In this document: positions 61,896-64,000 of the stretch, in pieces
How positions within the stretch are numbered: position 1 is the first letter of the stretch
How the letters are laid out: every line of letters starts with the position of its first letter
From: Squalus acanthias
Taxonomy: Eukaryota
Direction: 5' to 3'
Length of the DNA stretch: 64,000 bases
Assembly: GCA_030390025.1 (NCBI GenBank)
Contig: CM059432.1
Coordinates: forward strand, 111,168,001-111,232,000
Notes under the pieces: generated by a model
The model's database searches: none
What the model saw: only the letters and a program-made list of their open reading frames with translations
Told to the model about the DNA's origin: nothing
Position numbers and translations under genes: made by a program

Positions 61896-64000
61896 GGCCG
61901 GAATTTTCTGAGGTCAATGTGGGCGCAATCAGAGTTGAGATGGGTGGGAAATTTGAAATAAGTTGCAGCAGGTTGGGAACCCGTCATCATCCAGCTCCCA
62001 TGTGCCTTTCCCTCGGGCACGTTTGCCGGTGCAGCAGCGACCCGACAGGCAGAGGCAGGCGACCTAATTCAAATCATTAACAGGTAGTTGTCAGACACTT
62101 AAGCGCCTTTTTCAGCCAAACTTTTGAATTTCCCTGGCTGCCCACGGGATTCACACAGCTCGGGAACCACATCTGTCAGCCTGAGGCGGGAGTTGAGTGG
62201 CCATTGCTGATTAGATGACAGCATGAAATGTACTATAAAACCTCCCACCTCACAGCTGATCACTTTCAGACAGAAGCTGTTGCTGACTACATTCCCAGCG
62301 CACATTTAGCTTTCTACAGGCTGCAAGTGTTTCCAGCAAAGTCACCATCCAGTCTCACCTCATTGGTAGAACCAATCACACCATTGACAGATTGCTTCTC
62401 TCATCTCCACTTGACCTGCCATCTATTCCATAAGCATGGGTGCCGTTCATACTGTCTCACCTTGGTCCTCAGAATCGGACCATGATGAGCCCTAACACCA
62501 GCAGCACCAGGCACACCGTCAGCACCAACAACAACATCACCAACCTTCTCCTTAACCAGCTGATGCTGCACAGGGCGGAGGGCATCAGCGCAGGGCTGCA
62601 CTGCGCTGGAGGCGATACCCCCAACACAGGGTATAAGGCAGAGGATGAGCTTCCTCAACATGACTGAGCAGCGATGCCAAAGGAGGCTCAAGCTATCGCG
62701 CCAGGTCATCGCAGTCATTTGCAGCAGGTGGACACGCCTTACCAGTGGCTGCCAAAGTCACCAGCGCCCTCAACTTCTTCACCTCAGGCTCCTTCCAGGG
62801 ATCTGCAGCAGACATTTGCGGCATCTCGCAGTCGGCCACCCACAGATGCATCATACTGCTCACTGATGCCCTCTTTGACAAGTCAGCCAATTATATCAAC
62901 TTTGCCATTGATGAAGCCAGTGTTACTGAGCGGGCGCTCAGCTTTGCCACTCAGGCTGGCTTCCCACGGGTGCAGGGCGTCATCGACTGCACACATGTGG
63001 CCAGCAGGGCACCCCATCATCACCCAGGAATCTTTGTGAACCGCAAGGACTTCCACTCCCTCAATGTGCAGCTCGTCTGCAACCATAGGAAGATCATCAT
63101 GCACATGTGAGCAAAATTCCCCGACAGCTGCCATTGACTCTTTCGTCCTGCACCAGTCCACCCTCCCTCAGCCCTTCGCTCCCCCAAACAGACTTTCCGG
63201 CTGGCTGCTTGGAGACAAGGGCTATCCACTGAAGACGTGGCTCATGACACCCTTGAGGAGGCCAAGTAATGAGGCCCAGGAGAGATATAATGAAAGCACA
63301 TTTCCACCAGATGTGTCATAGAACAAACAATAGGCATGCTGAAAATGCACTTCAGATGCCTTGACAGATCTGAAGGAGCCCTTCTGTACGCACCAGCCAG
63401 GGTCTCCAGAATCGTTGTGGTCTGCTGCGCGCTGCACAACATATCGCAGCAGTGAGTATTAGCGCTGCATGAGGCGCAAGACACTGAGCACACAGCCTCT
63501 TCAGAGGAGGAGGAGCATCAGCTGGAAGATGAGGAGAAGCAGGAGCTGGAGCAACCTACGGCCCAGATCCCACCAGCACCCGAGCACATTGCTGCCCAGG
63601 AGGCCAGGGATGGCCTCATCATGGCCAGATTTACTTAACTTTACGCTGCCACATGCTGCGCCAGGTTGGCACCACCCCACAGCAACACCATAAAGCATCC
63701 CTACAATGACCAAGCCATTCCTTTCACACTGACCACCATTGCTGGAGGTACTGTTTTGTCTCACCATTCACTCCAATTCACTAAGCCACTTCCAAAGGTG
63801 CACACAAATTTGTCCAAGACCGGAAAGTGGTGAAAATAAAGATTTTTATGGTTGACATAACATTAACGGAAACTTGACATTAACATTGAATAAAACACCC
63901 AAGTGACTACCCTTGTGAATCTACTTGTGTGTCATCTTTCTCTTACACGAACTTCTATGAAATGCTATCCCTGTAGCTTTAGCAGAGGTAGAGGCAGCCT
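61896..64000 (+). mobile_element. Harbinger element, left part (runs off the right edge)
   Basis: Terminus GGCCGGAATTTT; colinear with 54689-56460. Confidence 0.85.
62436..63638 (+). pseudogene. Harbinger transposase, nearly full length with frameshifts
   Basis: [62 protein letters not shown]; ends ARFT*. Confidence 0.92.

Noticed and set aside
62436..63638. Host HARBI1 gene
   Set aside because: Multi-copy in this window, frameshifted, next to a transposon terminus and paired with a Myb ORF, so it is a transposon copy rather than the domesticated gene.

Overview
Eukaryotic, repeat-saturated window. The repeat content (CR1/HER1-type LINEs, Deu-domain SINEs, Penelope-like elements, PIF/Harbinger transposons) points to a cartilaginous fish genome; this is an inference. 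Most of the 64 kb is nested mobile DNA: many CR1 fragments plus one full-length CR1, a second CR1-group LINE family, RTE and L2 fragments, about eight Harbinger remnants (HARBI1-like DDE transposase convergent with a spliced Myb/SANT gene), MITEs, Penelope-like fragments carrying minimal hammerhead-ribozyme motifs, and five tandem-repeat arrays (14, 37, 29, 43 and 15/24 bp units). I found no recognisable host protein-coding gene, rRNA, tRNA or CRISPR array. The best leads are: (1) a 13.6-kb interval bounded by 26-bp TIRs and an AGC TSD that splits one CR1 and encloses a CpG-island-like promoter/first exon; (2) a 0.72-0.77-kb Harbinger-type MITE with co-varying hairpins and three conserved splice donors; (3) Penelope hammerhead motifs; (4) satellites that appear to have been seeded inside a Harbinger element. 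Family names come from motif recognition only, and boundaries without a TSD are approximate.
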